From IMG/VR virus record IMGVR_UViG_3300033121_001619, positions 62,320 to 126,319 of that record: a stretch of 64,000 nt of DNA. One strand, 5' to 3'. A program made the position numbers and the translations under genes. This document shows, one piece after another, positions 10,175 through 19,110 of this stretch; position 1 is the stretch's first letter; each line of letters starts with the position of its first letter. Origin of the DNA: a virus. Its lineage: Duplodnaviria > Caudoviricetes. The notes beneath the pieces were generated by a model. The model worked only from the letters and a program-made list of their open reading frames with translations. It ran no database searches and was not told the DNA's origin.

Positions 10175-10678
10175 ATGGTGATGAAAAAAAGATTGCTTGA
10201 CATACATCGTGAGTCAGACGACCAGCTGGACGTGATACACAGGAAGGTGTCCGATGCTAGCGTGTTGAACGGCGGATTCGATAGACTCATGTTCAAGATC
10301 GATCGCATCGAAGCTGGACAGGAACAGCTGGTGTCGAAGGTGGACAAGATCCACGATGCGATCTACGATCCTGCCGAGGGACTCTTCGCGAAGATGTCAG
10401 AACACAAGCTATCATCTACGATGAAGATAAACGAAGTCCAGCAACACGTAGCGTCTCTCACTGAGTGGAAGTCAGCGAAGGAAGACAGTGAAGCTCAGTC
10501 AGTCAAGACTCATGACGAATACGACGAACGTCTAGAGAAAGTCAAGCAAGATCTTGGCATACTCCAGGCAGACAGGGCGTTCGTCGTTTCCTTCCTGAAG
10601 TGGGTCGGAGTCGCGATCGGAGGCGGAATCGTGACGATCCTGATAGGACTGATTCAGTCGAAGCTAAACATCAAGTGA
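10175..10678 (+). CDS. Coiled-coil protein with C-terminal transmembrane helix
   Basis: Charged helical body followed by FLKWVGVAIGGGIVTILIGLI. Confidence 0.65.
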   Translation: MVMKKRLLDIHRESDDQLDVIHRKVSDASVLNGGFDRLMFKIDRIEAGQEQLVSKVDKIHDAIYDPAEGLFAKMSEHKLSSTMKINEVQQHVASLTEWKSAKEDSEAQSVKTHDEYDERLEKVKQDLGILQADRAFVVSFLKWVGVAIGGGIVTILIGLIQSKLNIK

Positions 10679-10710
10679 ACGATGTGATGTCATGACTGTA
10701 ATGTCATGAC

Positions 10711-11853
10711 ATGTCTCTCAATGCCGTCTTGCCAATTCTTCGCAAGAATCTCCAGATTGATACGTCAGTGGCTCAAGGACCAGAGCGGATCATGACCCTC
10801 GACTGGTTGAGCCACATGAGTCTGATCAAACCTAGGGATAGTTCCACAAGAGACGTGTACGAGAGAATCATGACTCTTTCTTCACGTGCCGAGAAAGAAT
10901 GCCCCCGCGCCGGCAGACATCTCATCGATCTCATCGTCAACGATGGGAGGTCTAGTCTTCCTAGACCACGTGTGATTCGAAATCGAAGTGATTTCGTCGC
11001 CATCGTGAGGGATCACGTTAGATCCTCACGATCTATCGACGTCATCATGCAAATACTCGATGAGTGCGATGACACGACCCGAATAATCATGCGACGGACT
11101 AGTGGAAGCCTGGTTCGAATCGAAACGGAATTGGGCTGCAGGATACAGGGAAACTCGATCACGTCGGACGTCATCGATGACGATGACACGTACGTTGCGT
11201 GCATCGATGGATTCATAGAGACGGTCGCCGAGATACATGACGTCCTGAGCTTCCTGTCTTCCGATGTTTCGGAAAGCGGTAGTCCAAAACCGTGTCTCAT
11301 TCTTGCGAGAGGCGCGTCTCAAGACGTAGCTTCGACTCTTCATGCCAACTTTTTGAATGGGCGTCTTCGGACCGTGTGCTTCATCATTGAGTGGAAACCT
11401 GAGACTGTCAACGGGCTGTCGGACGCATGCATCATTTCTGGCGCCGACATGATATCACTTCTCAGGGGAGACGTGGTATCGTCATTGACACCGACACGTT
11501 TGGGAAGAGTGGCTCACTGTAGGACGACACGCTCCGACGTTGTTTTGACCCCAAGCGATGATCGTCTAGGAATCGTGACGAAGAAGTCGTCGATCTTGGC
11601 CGAAGAGGCGTCAACTTTCGCTCAGGATCGATCATATGCTCTGTCGACTAGGAACATCGTCGTGGACATCCCAGATTCTCACACCCACGACGCCATGGCA
11701 TGCGACGTGGATTTCGGCATCAGATGCTTGCTAGCCGCCATGAGAGGAGACGTCGATCCTCTAGAATCTGCTCGCCGGCAATATGAGACGTATCGTTCGA
11801 TCATAGCGGGGTCCATTTACGTCGGTCAGACAGGTGTTACGTTCGATACATGA
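10711..11853 (+). CDS. Divergent, truncated GroEL/Cpn60-like chaperonin
   Basis: KPCLILARGASQDVASTLHAN and LSDACIISGADMIS...LGRV resemble the GroEL apical domain; no GDGTTT motif. Confidence 0.55.
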   Translation: MSLNAVLPILRKNLQIDTSVAQGPERIMTLDWLSHMSLIKPRDSSTRDVYERIMTLSSRAEKECPRAGRHLIDLIVNDGRSSLPRPRVIRNRSDFVAIVRDHVRSSRSIDVIMQILDECDDTTRIIMRRTSGSLVRIETELGCRIQGNSITSDVIDDDDTYVACIDGFIETVAEIHDVLSFLSSDVSESGSPKPCLILARGASQDVASTLHANFLNGRLRTVCFIIEWKPETVNGLSDACIISGADMISLLRGDVVSSLTPTRLGRVAHCRTTRSDVVLTPSDDRLGIVTKKSSILAEEASTFAQDRSYALSTRNIVVDIPDSHTHDAMACDVDFGIRCLLAAMRGDVDPLESARRQYETYRSIIAGSIYVGQTGVTFDT

Positions 11854-12074
11854 ACAAGATCGATACCACCACCAAGCAAGTCAAGGATGCATTCGAGTAC
11901 GCCAAGTCAAAGACGATATCGATGATCGTCAGCGCCGCACCGCCTCAGACCCCGGACGAGGAGAGGCGTCTCAAGACAGTGATCGATTGCGTCACTAGCG
12001 GAATCGACGAGGCGTTCCTAAAGACCGCACCATCACTCCAGAAGTCGTTTGCTGCGCTGCTCGCGGGGAAGTTA
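11850..12074 (+). CDS. Hypothetical protein (ends at TTA)
   Basis: In-frame TTA 12072-12074 lies 2 nt before the next ATG (12077); standard-code end 12104 overlaps the next gene. Confidence 0.65.
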
Positions 12075-12076
12075 GC

Positions 12077-12538
12077 ATGTCCACAGTCGGACACATCCAC
12101 CTGATCGCGTGCAGGTGTGTCCTTCCTCACTTGAAGTCTTCGAAGGATCCTCCGCCTCACAGATTTCGAGTTTTCACGCGGCTGGTGGACGACGTCCCGG
12201 TCGTGAAATACGCTCAGTGCAACAATTGTGGGCTAGTTCATCGTGTGACTGACTTGGGTAGGTCGGAGATCACAGGAAAGGATGAGGGAAGATCGGTGAA
12301 GACGATCTCCGACATCAAGCCGCTCTTGCCTGAAAAACTCGTGAGCATCCTGGAGTCTAACGATGCTGATCTCGCATCTTACGAGCTATGCGAGCACGTA
12401 CTCAACCATCAGGAGTGGGGAAGATTCGTAGTCCTCTCGTCCGAACCTGACGGATCGATCACTCACGTGAAGATCTTGGAGATGATGGGTCCCAACTTTT
12501 TCCGTGTAGAGACAGAAGAGAGACAAGATACATTCTAG
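12077..12538 (+). CDS. Hypothetical protein with Cys motifs
   Basis: CRC ... CNNCG, possibly Zn-binding. Confidence 0.7.
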   Translation: MSTVGHIHLIACRCVLPHLKSSKDPPPHRFRVFTRLVDDVPVVKYAQCNNCGLVHRVTDLGRSEITGKDEGRSVKTISDIKPLLPEKLVSILESNDADLASYELCEHVLNHQEWGRFVVLSSEPDGSITHVKILEMMGPNFFRVETEERQDTF

Positions 12539-12549
12539 ACGAGGTGTCC

Positions 12550-12783
12550 ATGTCGAAGACAGTCACGAAGAAGCAACTCGAAGACTTGAACAACGACTCA
12601 CTAGCTGCTAGAGAAGTGGTTCGTGAGATCATGAATTTCGGCGTAAATGAGCGTCAGAAAGTCATAATCATCCAAAGCCTCGCCATGACGCTAGAGGACA
12701 ATGAACTCATGCGAGCTTTGCTTGATTGCATCTCTGACATTGCTGGAGACAAGGTCTTCATCTCGAAGATGTTTGGAGAATGA
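12550..12783 (+). CDS. Hypothetical protein
   Basis: GAGGTG RBS before ATG 12550; packed in operon. Confidence 0.65.
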   Translation: MSKTVTKKQLEDLNNDSLAAREVVREIMNFGVNERQKVIIIQSLAMTLEDNELMRALLDCISDIAGDKVFISKMFGE

Positions 12784-12784
12784 C

Positions 12785-13426
12785 ATGGGACGTCAATCAA
12801 ATTCCAGGCTATCGAATTCGTCTCGCCAAGATTCACGACATCCCAGTGCCGATGCCGAATTCGGAGGAATGGCTCTCTCTGCCGGCGATGCTAGCAGGAT
12901 CGTCGTCTTGCATGGCGAGGTCAACGAGACGTCTGTCTCGGTCGTTGTCGCCAATCTCTTGCATATGGCTTCGGTCGACTTGAGTCCCATCTACCTTGTC
13001 ATCTCGACGTACGGTGGATCTGTCGATGAGATGTTCACGTTGTACGACACCATCAAATTCCTCCCATGCCCAGTCCACACGATCGCTTTGGGAAAGGTCA
13101 TGTCAGCTGGAGTGTTGCTGTTGGCTTCTGGGACGAAGGGTAAACGCATGATCGGAAAGTCTGCGAGGATCATGATACACCCGGTTTCGGGCGGAGCGAC
13201 GGGAAATGTGTTTCAGGTCGTTGCAGAAGCCGACGAACACGTCAGACTCCAGGACCAAATGGCGGACGCGATCGCCAATGAGACGAAGATGACACGTCAG
13301 AAGGTCAGGAAGATCATGTCGACCGGTCACGACGTCTACATCACGCCCGATGACGCTGTGAAGTACGGCATCGTGGACAAAATCATCGGAGCTTCCGTCA
13401 GGGACGTCATGAAAAGTTCGGAGTTA
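12785..13426 (+). CDS. clpP: ClpP-family protease proteolytic subunit (ends at TTA; standard-code TAG at 13432)
   Basis: YLVISTYGGSV, GKVMSAG (catalytic Ser), IMIHP (His), AVKYGIVDKII. Confidence 0.9.
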
Positions 13427-13445
13427 GTGTAGTACAACATAGATC

Positions 13446-15074
13446 ATGCCACGTCATGACTATCGACCCTTCTTTCCGTTCGATGACGTGCGTTCGGAGC
13501 AGGATGAGGCGATAAGATTTGCAATCGATGCATTCGAGTCTGGGAAGAAGTACGTAGTTCTCGAGCTTCCGACCGGGATTGGAAAATCAGCCATAGGACT
13601 CACGGTAGCACGCTACATGAATCAGCACGGAGACGACGTGCTTGATGCGGAAGGTCTACCTGTTCAGCGCACGTCATACGTGCTGACAACACAAAAGATA
13701 CTCCAGGATCAGTATGTCAAGGATTTCGGAGAGGCGTCCGGAAGAGACGTCCTGAGATCCATCAAGTCATCGTCGAATTATTCGTGTGGATTCTACTCAG
13801 GATCGACGTGTGCTGACTCGCGAAGACTCATGCGACTCATGTCAAAGGAAGTCGCAGGAACAGAATTCGAGAGACACTGTAAGTCATCGAAATGCCCGTA
13901 CGCGTCTGCCAAGGCAGAGTTCGAGGCGTCTCTGGTGTCGTTGACGAATTTTCCGTTCTTCCTCGCTAGCAAGAATCTGTCTACACGCTCAACGCTGGTG
14001 ATCGATGAGTGTCACAATGCTGAGTCGGAATTGGCTAAATTCGTGGAAGTCTCCTTTTCGGAGAGATTCGCGAAGGACATACTGAAGTGCAAGGTCCCGA
14101 AGATAGACTCGCAGCAAGCAGCCTTCGATTGGGTGTGTGCTTCTTATAAGCGTGCGCTTCTCAAGCATCAAAAGTCGATCAATGAGCGTCTGAAGTCAGG
14201 AGATCGTGGAGAGAACTCCAGACAAGCCGAGATGCTGGAGAAGCACGTGGAGAAAGTCCTGAAGTTCATCCAGATATACGATGAATCTAACTGGGTGATG
14301 AACGTCGTGTACCCGAAAGATGGAGCCAAGAGAGGATTTCGACGCTTCGAATTCAAGCCGGTCGACGTGTCCCACTTCGGTGGAGAACTTTTCGGGAACG
14401 CGGGAAGGATTCTAATGATGTCTGCCACAATAGTGGACAAGGACGTCTTTTGTCGATCGATTGGAATTCCCGTTGACGACGCGGCCTACCTGAGGCTAGC
14501 TTCCCCTTTCTCCGTCGAGAATCGTCCCGTCCTCTTCATGCCCGTGGGATCGATGTCGAAATCGAATATCGACAGAACGCTTCCGAAGATGGTCGAGACC
14601 ATAAAAGAGATCTTGGCGATCCACCCCGACTCAAAGGGAATCATACACACGGCCAATTACAGGATAGCCAAGCACATCCAAGACTCGATACCGTCGGATC
14701 GATTCGTCTTCCACGAAGCTAGCAACAGAGAGGAAGCTCTCAAGTTTCACCTTGCGTCGAAGGATCCGACGGTCATAGTGTCTCCCTCGATGATGGAGGG
14801 AGTCGACTTGTCAGACGACGCGTCACGTTTTCAAGTGATCTGCAAGATACCGTTCCCGTATTTGGGAGACCTCATGGTGAAGCGGCGCATGGAGAGGGAT
14901 TCAACGTGGTATCCTTACGTCACCGCGAAATCGATCATTCAGTCACTCGGAAGATCCATCAGGAACAAGGACGACCACGCGATGTCGTACATCCTCGACA
15001 GCGACTGGACCAACTTCTACGCCAGGAATGAGAGAATGTTCACTGACGACTTTCGTTTGGCACTTCACAGTTTA
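13446..15074 (+). CDS. DinG/Rad3-like SF2 helicase (ends at TTA; standard-code TGA at 15083)
   Basis: ELPTGIGKS, IDECH, MSAT, EGVDL, QSLGRSIR; Cys cluster compatible with Fe-S. Confidence 0.9.
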
Positions 15075-15121
15075 CTGCGGTGACGAACCACGTAGTATCT
15101 CGTCCACGAGGTGACACACAG

Positions 15122-15409
15122 ATGAGTATGAGCCAGACACTAGAAAAGTGGGATTCGATCAAGAACGCCATGACCGAGCTGGAGGATGACTTCACAAAGT
15201 TCGGGAAGGGTTCGCTAGCAGCCAGCGTTCGTCTCAGGCACGGTCTTCGTTCCTTGCAGAAGCTGGCTTCGGAGGCGGTGAAGGCCTCCAAGGAGTCGGA
15301 CAAGTTGATCAAGGAGGAGCGCAAAAAGGAGCGTGCCGCCGCGCCCCCGGATCAGAAGAAGAGGGGAGGCTTCAAGAAGAAGACCCCGGAGAATCCCGCG
15401 GGGAACTGA
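15122..15409 (+). CDS. Histone H1-like (Hc1-type) basic nucleoid protein
   Basis: KFGKGSLAASVRLRHGL with Lys-rich tail; GAGGTG RBS. Confidence 0.55.
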   Translation: MSMSQTLEKWDSIKNAMTELEDDFTKFGKGSLAASVRLRHGLRSLQKLASEAVKASKESDKLIKEERKKERAAAPPDQKKRGGFKKKTPENPAGN

Positions 15410-15419
15410 TGCGATACGA

Positions 15420-15455
15420 TTCGAGGACGCCTAGGCGTCCTCGAACGTTTTCGTT
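15420..15455 (+). terminator. Intrinsic terminator
   Basis: Perfect hairpin TTCGAGGACGC-CTAG-GCGTCCTCGAA followed by a T-rich tail. Confidence 0.7.
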
Positions 15456-15476
15456 CCTTTGCATAGGTAGGGTTAC

Positions 15477-15995
15477 ATGAAGACAGCCATTCACAGGAAG
15501 TTGTTCGAACAGGGACTCGATCCACGATGCACATACGTGTCTGACAAGAAAGGGAACCTGATTCAGAAGTCAGACTCTGTGACGACTATCGTTCCTTTCC
15601 TTGAGGAGCCCAAAGTCGTAGTCTCGAATGAGACACATTGGGAGATCGATCAACCGGTTCAAGTTTCAGTCGACACCGTTGTCTCTTTGGAACACCCGAT
15701 CTTTGAGATCAGCTCCTCGACGAAAGGAAACGACGACGTCGCCCTCGTTCGAGAGACTGTGATCGAGCCGCCGCCAGAGAGAGACGAAGTGAAAAATGAA
15801 GTCGTCGAATCGTCAGAGAACATAACCGACTCCTCGGAGCCCCCCGCCGAGCTCGACGATCTTCGTCCGAGTGAGACGTCGATGCCTTCCGATCCGAAGT
15901 CATCGCTGGTCGATCACAAAGATTCCGGAGAATTCAAGAAAGAAGCACCGACGGTCAAGGACGTCAAGGGATCTCCCGGGCGTCGCAAGAAGTGA
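15477..15995 (+). CDS. Acidic low-complexity hypothetical protein
   Basis: 172 aa ORF; upstream TAGGTA motif. Confidence 0.6.
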   Translation: MKTAIHRKLFEQGLDPRCTYVSDKKGNLIQKSDSVTTIVPFLEEPKVVVSNETHWEIDQPVQVSVDTVVSLEHPIFEISSSTKGNDDVALVRETVIEPPPERDEVKNEVVESSENITDSSEPPAELDDLRPSETSMPSDPKSSLVDHKDSGEFKKEAPTVKDVKGSPGRRKK

Positions 15996-16251
15996 TCGGA
16001 TCGAACGTCTCTCTTAGCTTCTCGAAGATGGATCTCTCGATCTGACAGATCCTCATTCGGGTCAGTCCGTAGATCTCACCGACGTCGTTGAGAGTGAGCG
16101 CACCTCCTCTCGTGGTCGCCACTATGCAATTTTTGCCTCGTGGATGATTGATCCATTGGCGGCACGTCTTCTTGTGACATCCGTCGGTAAGATCATTGAC
16201 GACGTCGTAGCATTTCACCACAGGTAGATGTTTTTCCCGCTTTGCGCTCAT
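15964..16251 (-). CDS. Sigma-70 region 4-like HTH protein with Cys-rich N-terminus
   Basis: LTLNDVGEIYGLTRMRICQIERSIFEKLR matches sigma70 region 4. Confidence 0.75.
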   Translation of the reverse strand: MSAKREKHLPVVKCYDVVNDLTDGCHKKTCRQWINHPRGKNCIVATTRGGALTLNDVGEIYGLTRMRICQIERSIFEKLRETFDPITSCDAREIP

Positions 16252-16300
16252 TTCGATGTACGATCCTTAGCAGGATCGACTAACACGTTCAAGGCTAAGC

Positions 16301-17665
16301 ATGAAGAAGACATATGTCCTCGACACCAACGTCCTCATTAGTGACCCGGGAAGTCTCGAGGCTTTCGACAACAACGACGTCATTGTCCCACTTCTTGTCG
16401 TCGAAGAGCTCGACAGGCTCAAGACGAGGAACGACGACGTCGGTAGGAATTCGAGAGAAGTGAATCGACGCTTGTCAGCGCTATGCGACAAGGGCGACGT
16501 TCGATTGGGAGTCCCGACGACATCGGGAGGTACTATTCGAATATCGTCGATCTCATCGACGCCTCGGAGATATCTTCCACCCGAGATGAGCACGACGTCG
16601 GTCGACAACATGATCGTAGAGTTCATGTTGAATCAGACCGAGGGTACCGTGCTAGTCTCTCGGGACGTGAACATCCGCGTCAAGTGTGCGTCGCTAGGAA
16701 TCAAGGCTGAAGATTATCGACGCGATCGCGTCATGTCGAAGGCAGACGAACTGTATACTGGCGTCGCAGTTGTCACGACGAACAAGGATGAGGTCTTCGA
16801 TCGTCTCAGGGAGACGGGGATCATTCATGCGAGAGAGATCCCCGAGATCGACAAGAAGATATACCCCAACCAGATCGTCGTCTTGAAGAACGGCAATCGA
16901 GAGAGTCAGTCGATGATCTCGCGCGTCCGGAGAGGTTCTGACGGAACCGTGCTCAAGCTCATCAATAAAATCGACGACGTGTATGGAGTGAAACCAAGGA
17001 ACAAGGAACAGATATTCTCTCTCGACCTCCTGCTCGACCCAGAAGTCAAACTCGTGACACTGGGCGGTACCGCCGGATGTGGGAAGACCCTGTTGGCATT
17101 GGCGGCAGCCCTAGACCAACTGGAGGGTCTCGGATCCAGACCGCTATACCAGAAGATAGTGGTGTCTAGACCCGTGCAGCCGATTGGTAAGGACATCGGC
17201 TTCTTGCCTGGAACGCTCGAGGAGAAGCTAGATCCATGGATCGCACCCATTCGTGACAATCTCGAGCAACTCACCGAGAAGAAGAAGACAGGCAAGGGAA
17301 ACAAGCCGGCCAAGGGAACGTTGAGCGATCCATACATCGACATCATGAGAGAGAACGGAAAGATCGAGATCGAGGCCATCACTTTCATTCGAGGTCGGTC
17401 CATCCCGAATTCCTTCATCATCATCGACGAGTCTCAGAACTTGTCGATACACGAACTCAAGACCATCCTGACGAGGGTCGGTGATGGAACGAAGATCGTG
17501 TTGACGGGTGACGTGGAACAGATCGACAACGTTCACGTCGATGCTTTGACGAACGGATTGACACACGCCGTCGAGAAATTCAAGGACTACGACATAGCGG
17601 GTCACATCACGTTGATCAAGGGAGAGCGATCCGCTCTGGCGACGTTGGCTTCTCAGATCCTGTGA
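16301..17665 (+). CDS. phoH: PIN-domain PhoH-family protein (PhoH2-like)
   Basis: YVLDTNVL (PIN), GTAGCGKT, GFLPG, RGRS, IIDESQN, TGDVEQID. Confidence 0.92.
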   Translation: MKKTYVLDTNVLISDPGSLEAFDNNDVIVPLLVVEELDRLKTRNDDVGRNSREVNRRLSALCDKGDVRLGVPTTSGGTIRISSISSTPRRYLPPEMSTTSVDNMIVEFMLNQTEGTVLVSRDVNIRVKCASLGIKAEDYRRDRVMSKADELYTGVAVVTTNKDEVFDRLRETGIIHAREIPEIDKKIYPNQIVVLKNGNRESQSMISRVRRGSDGTVLKLINKIDDVYGVKPRNKEQIFSLDLLLDPEVKLVTLGGTAGCGKTLLALAAALDQLEGLGSRPLYQKIVVSRPVQPIGKDIGFLPGTLEEKLDPWIAPIRDNLEQLTEKKKTGKGNKPAKGTLSDPYIDIMRENGKIEIEAITFIRGRSIPNSFIIIDESQNLSIHELKTILTRVGDGTKIVLTGDVEQIDNVHVDALTNGLTHAVEKFKDYDIAGHITLIKGERSALATLASQIL

Positions 17666-17703
17666 CGTGAGCGTATCGACGCTCCTGCATATTTGAGTCT
17701 GAC

Positions 17704-19110
17704 ATGGGGATTCTCGACAGCAAGTCTCGCGTGATGGACGCTATCACGACGGTCGAAGGAAGGAGACAGCTAGCAGCTGGAACTTTCGAAGTGTCGTACG
17801 TCACATTCACGGACGCAGGGGTCTCCTATGAGTCTGACGCAGTCGATGGACACGTCGATCCGACGGGAAGGATCTATCTCGAAGCTGCGAGTCTTCCTCA
17901 AGATCAGATAGTCTTCGAGGCGAACGATGAGGGATACTTGAATCCCGTTCGCGAATACCAGGCCTCCGGGTCCTTCCTGTCGTCGTCGATGGGAAGGGCT
18001 TCGTTGGCCAATGGACGTCTTTTTGTGTACGAAGTCCATCACGGTCGAACGGTCAAGGTCGACGACATTCGACAGGTCACGAGTGACAGCGGCAAGGGAT
18101 TCGTGTACTCCGACACGACAGGTCTTACGGGAAGCATACTGATCGATCCCACGTCACGTGGTGGGAACGTGTCTGGCGGAGGACCACCCTGGATAGCTCG
18201 AGTTGGAACACGTGGTGGACTCGATGGATCTCAGTTCGCTCGATCCATAGTCTCAGCCGTCAATAGCCTGAAGACTCTGGGGGGTCCGAACGTCGTAGTC
18301 TCGTGCGTCGGAAGGAGGGTCTATTTCGACACTGGAGAGGTATACGCTCAGACGTTCATTCGGACGACTGGTAGTCTCTCGACGCCCATGCAGGTGACGC
18401 AGGGATCGATGGGAGGATCCATCGTCGGCGAGGAGGTCGAGGAGGCCAACTTTTCGTCGCAAATAACTGGCATACTCACGTCGTCGTTCGACAATTTCTC
18501 AGACCTTCAGACGATATCGACCGTCAACAGGACGTTCCGTGACGACGCTTTCGAGCTGTCGACCAATCGACTCGAGTTCGACTTGACGTCCATACCGCGT
18601 GATTTGTCGACGTCCATCAATCGAGCTCCTTCGTTGAACTCAGTGGATTCGCTATTCAGCGATAAGAGGGCGAGTCGACTCGAGAACTTCATGTATCTCC
18701 CGCCGATCCTGAAGACGTCCGATTCGTTGGCTCCCAACAAGAGAGACGTCACGTCCCTGAGAGCAAGGAGATTGGGAAGCTATCCGTCGTGGGGAGACAA
18801 CGAAAAGCCGGCATCATACTCTCAGATAATGCGTCGCAATGCCAGGCTTCCCCACAAGGAAGTAGTTTTCACGAGATCGTCAAGAGCGAACAACGTCATG
18901 TTGCAGTTCTTCGAGGTGTCCGGGAATTCGGTATCGAAACTGGACGTGTTGCGCTTTGGGAGGGGACAGGACTCACTCGATCCTGGTGACGTCTACTTCA
19001 TTGGAAAGGTCTACCAAGACGGGAGAGGAACGACGTGTTTTCTCAGTATTTTCACGGTGGTCTTCACTCGCCCGCGAGCGGGGTCTCTTCACGACGGTGA
19101 CGGAAGATGA
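17704..19110 (+). CDS. Putative virion structural protein
   Basis: N-terminus MGILDSKSRVMDAITTVEGRRQLA resembles that of the 27328 gene; lies in the structural block. Confidence 0.6.
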   Translation: MGILDSKSRVMDAITTVEGRRQLAAGTFEVSYVTFTDAGVSYESDAVDGHVDPTGRIYLEAASLPQDQIVFEANDEGYLNPVREYQASGSFLSSSMGRASLANGRLFVYEVHHGRTVKVDDIRQVTSDSGKGFVYSDTTGLTGSILIDPTSRGGNVSGGGPPWIARVGTRGGLDGSQFARSIVSAVNSLKTLGGPNVVVSCVGRRVYFDTGEVYAQTFIRTTGSLSTPMQVTQGSMGGSIVGEEVEEANFSSQITGILTSSFDNFSDLQTISTVNRTFRDDAFELSTNRLEFDLTSIPRDLSTSINRAPSLNSVDSLFSDKRASRLENFMYLPPILKTSDSLAPNKRDVTSLRARRLGSYPSWGDNEKPASYSQIMRRNARLPHKEVVFTRSSRANNVMLQFFEVSGNSVSKLDVLRFGRGQDSLDPGDVYFIGKVYQDGRGTTCFLSIFTVVFTRPRAGSLHDGDGR

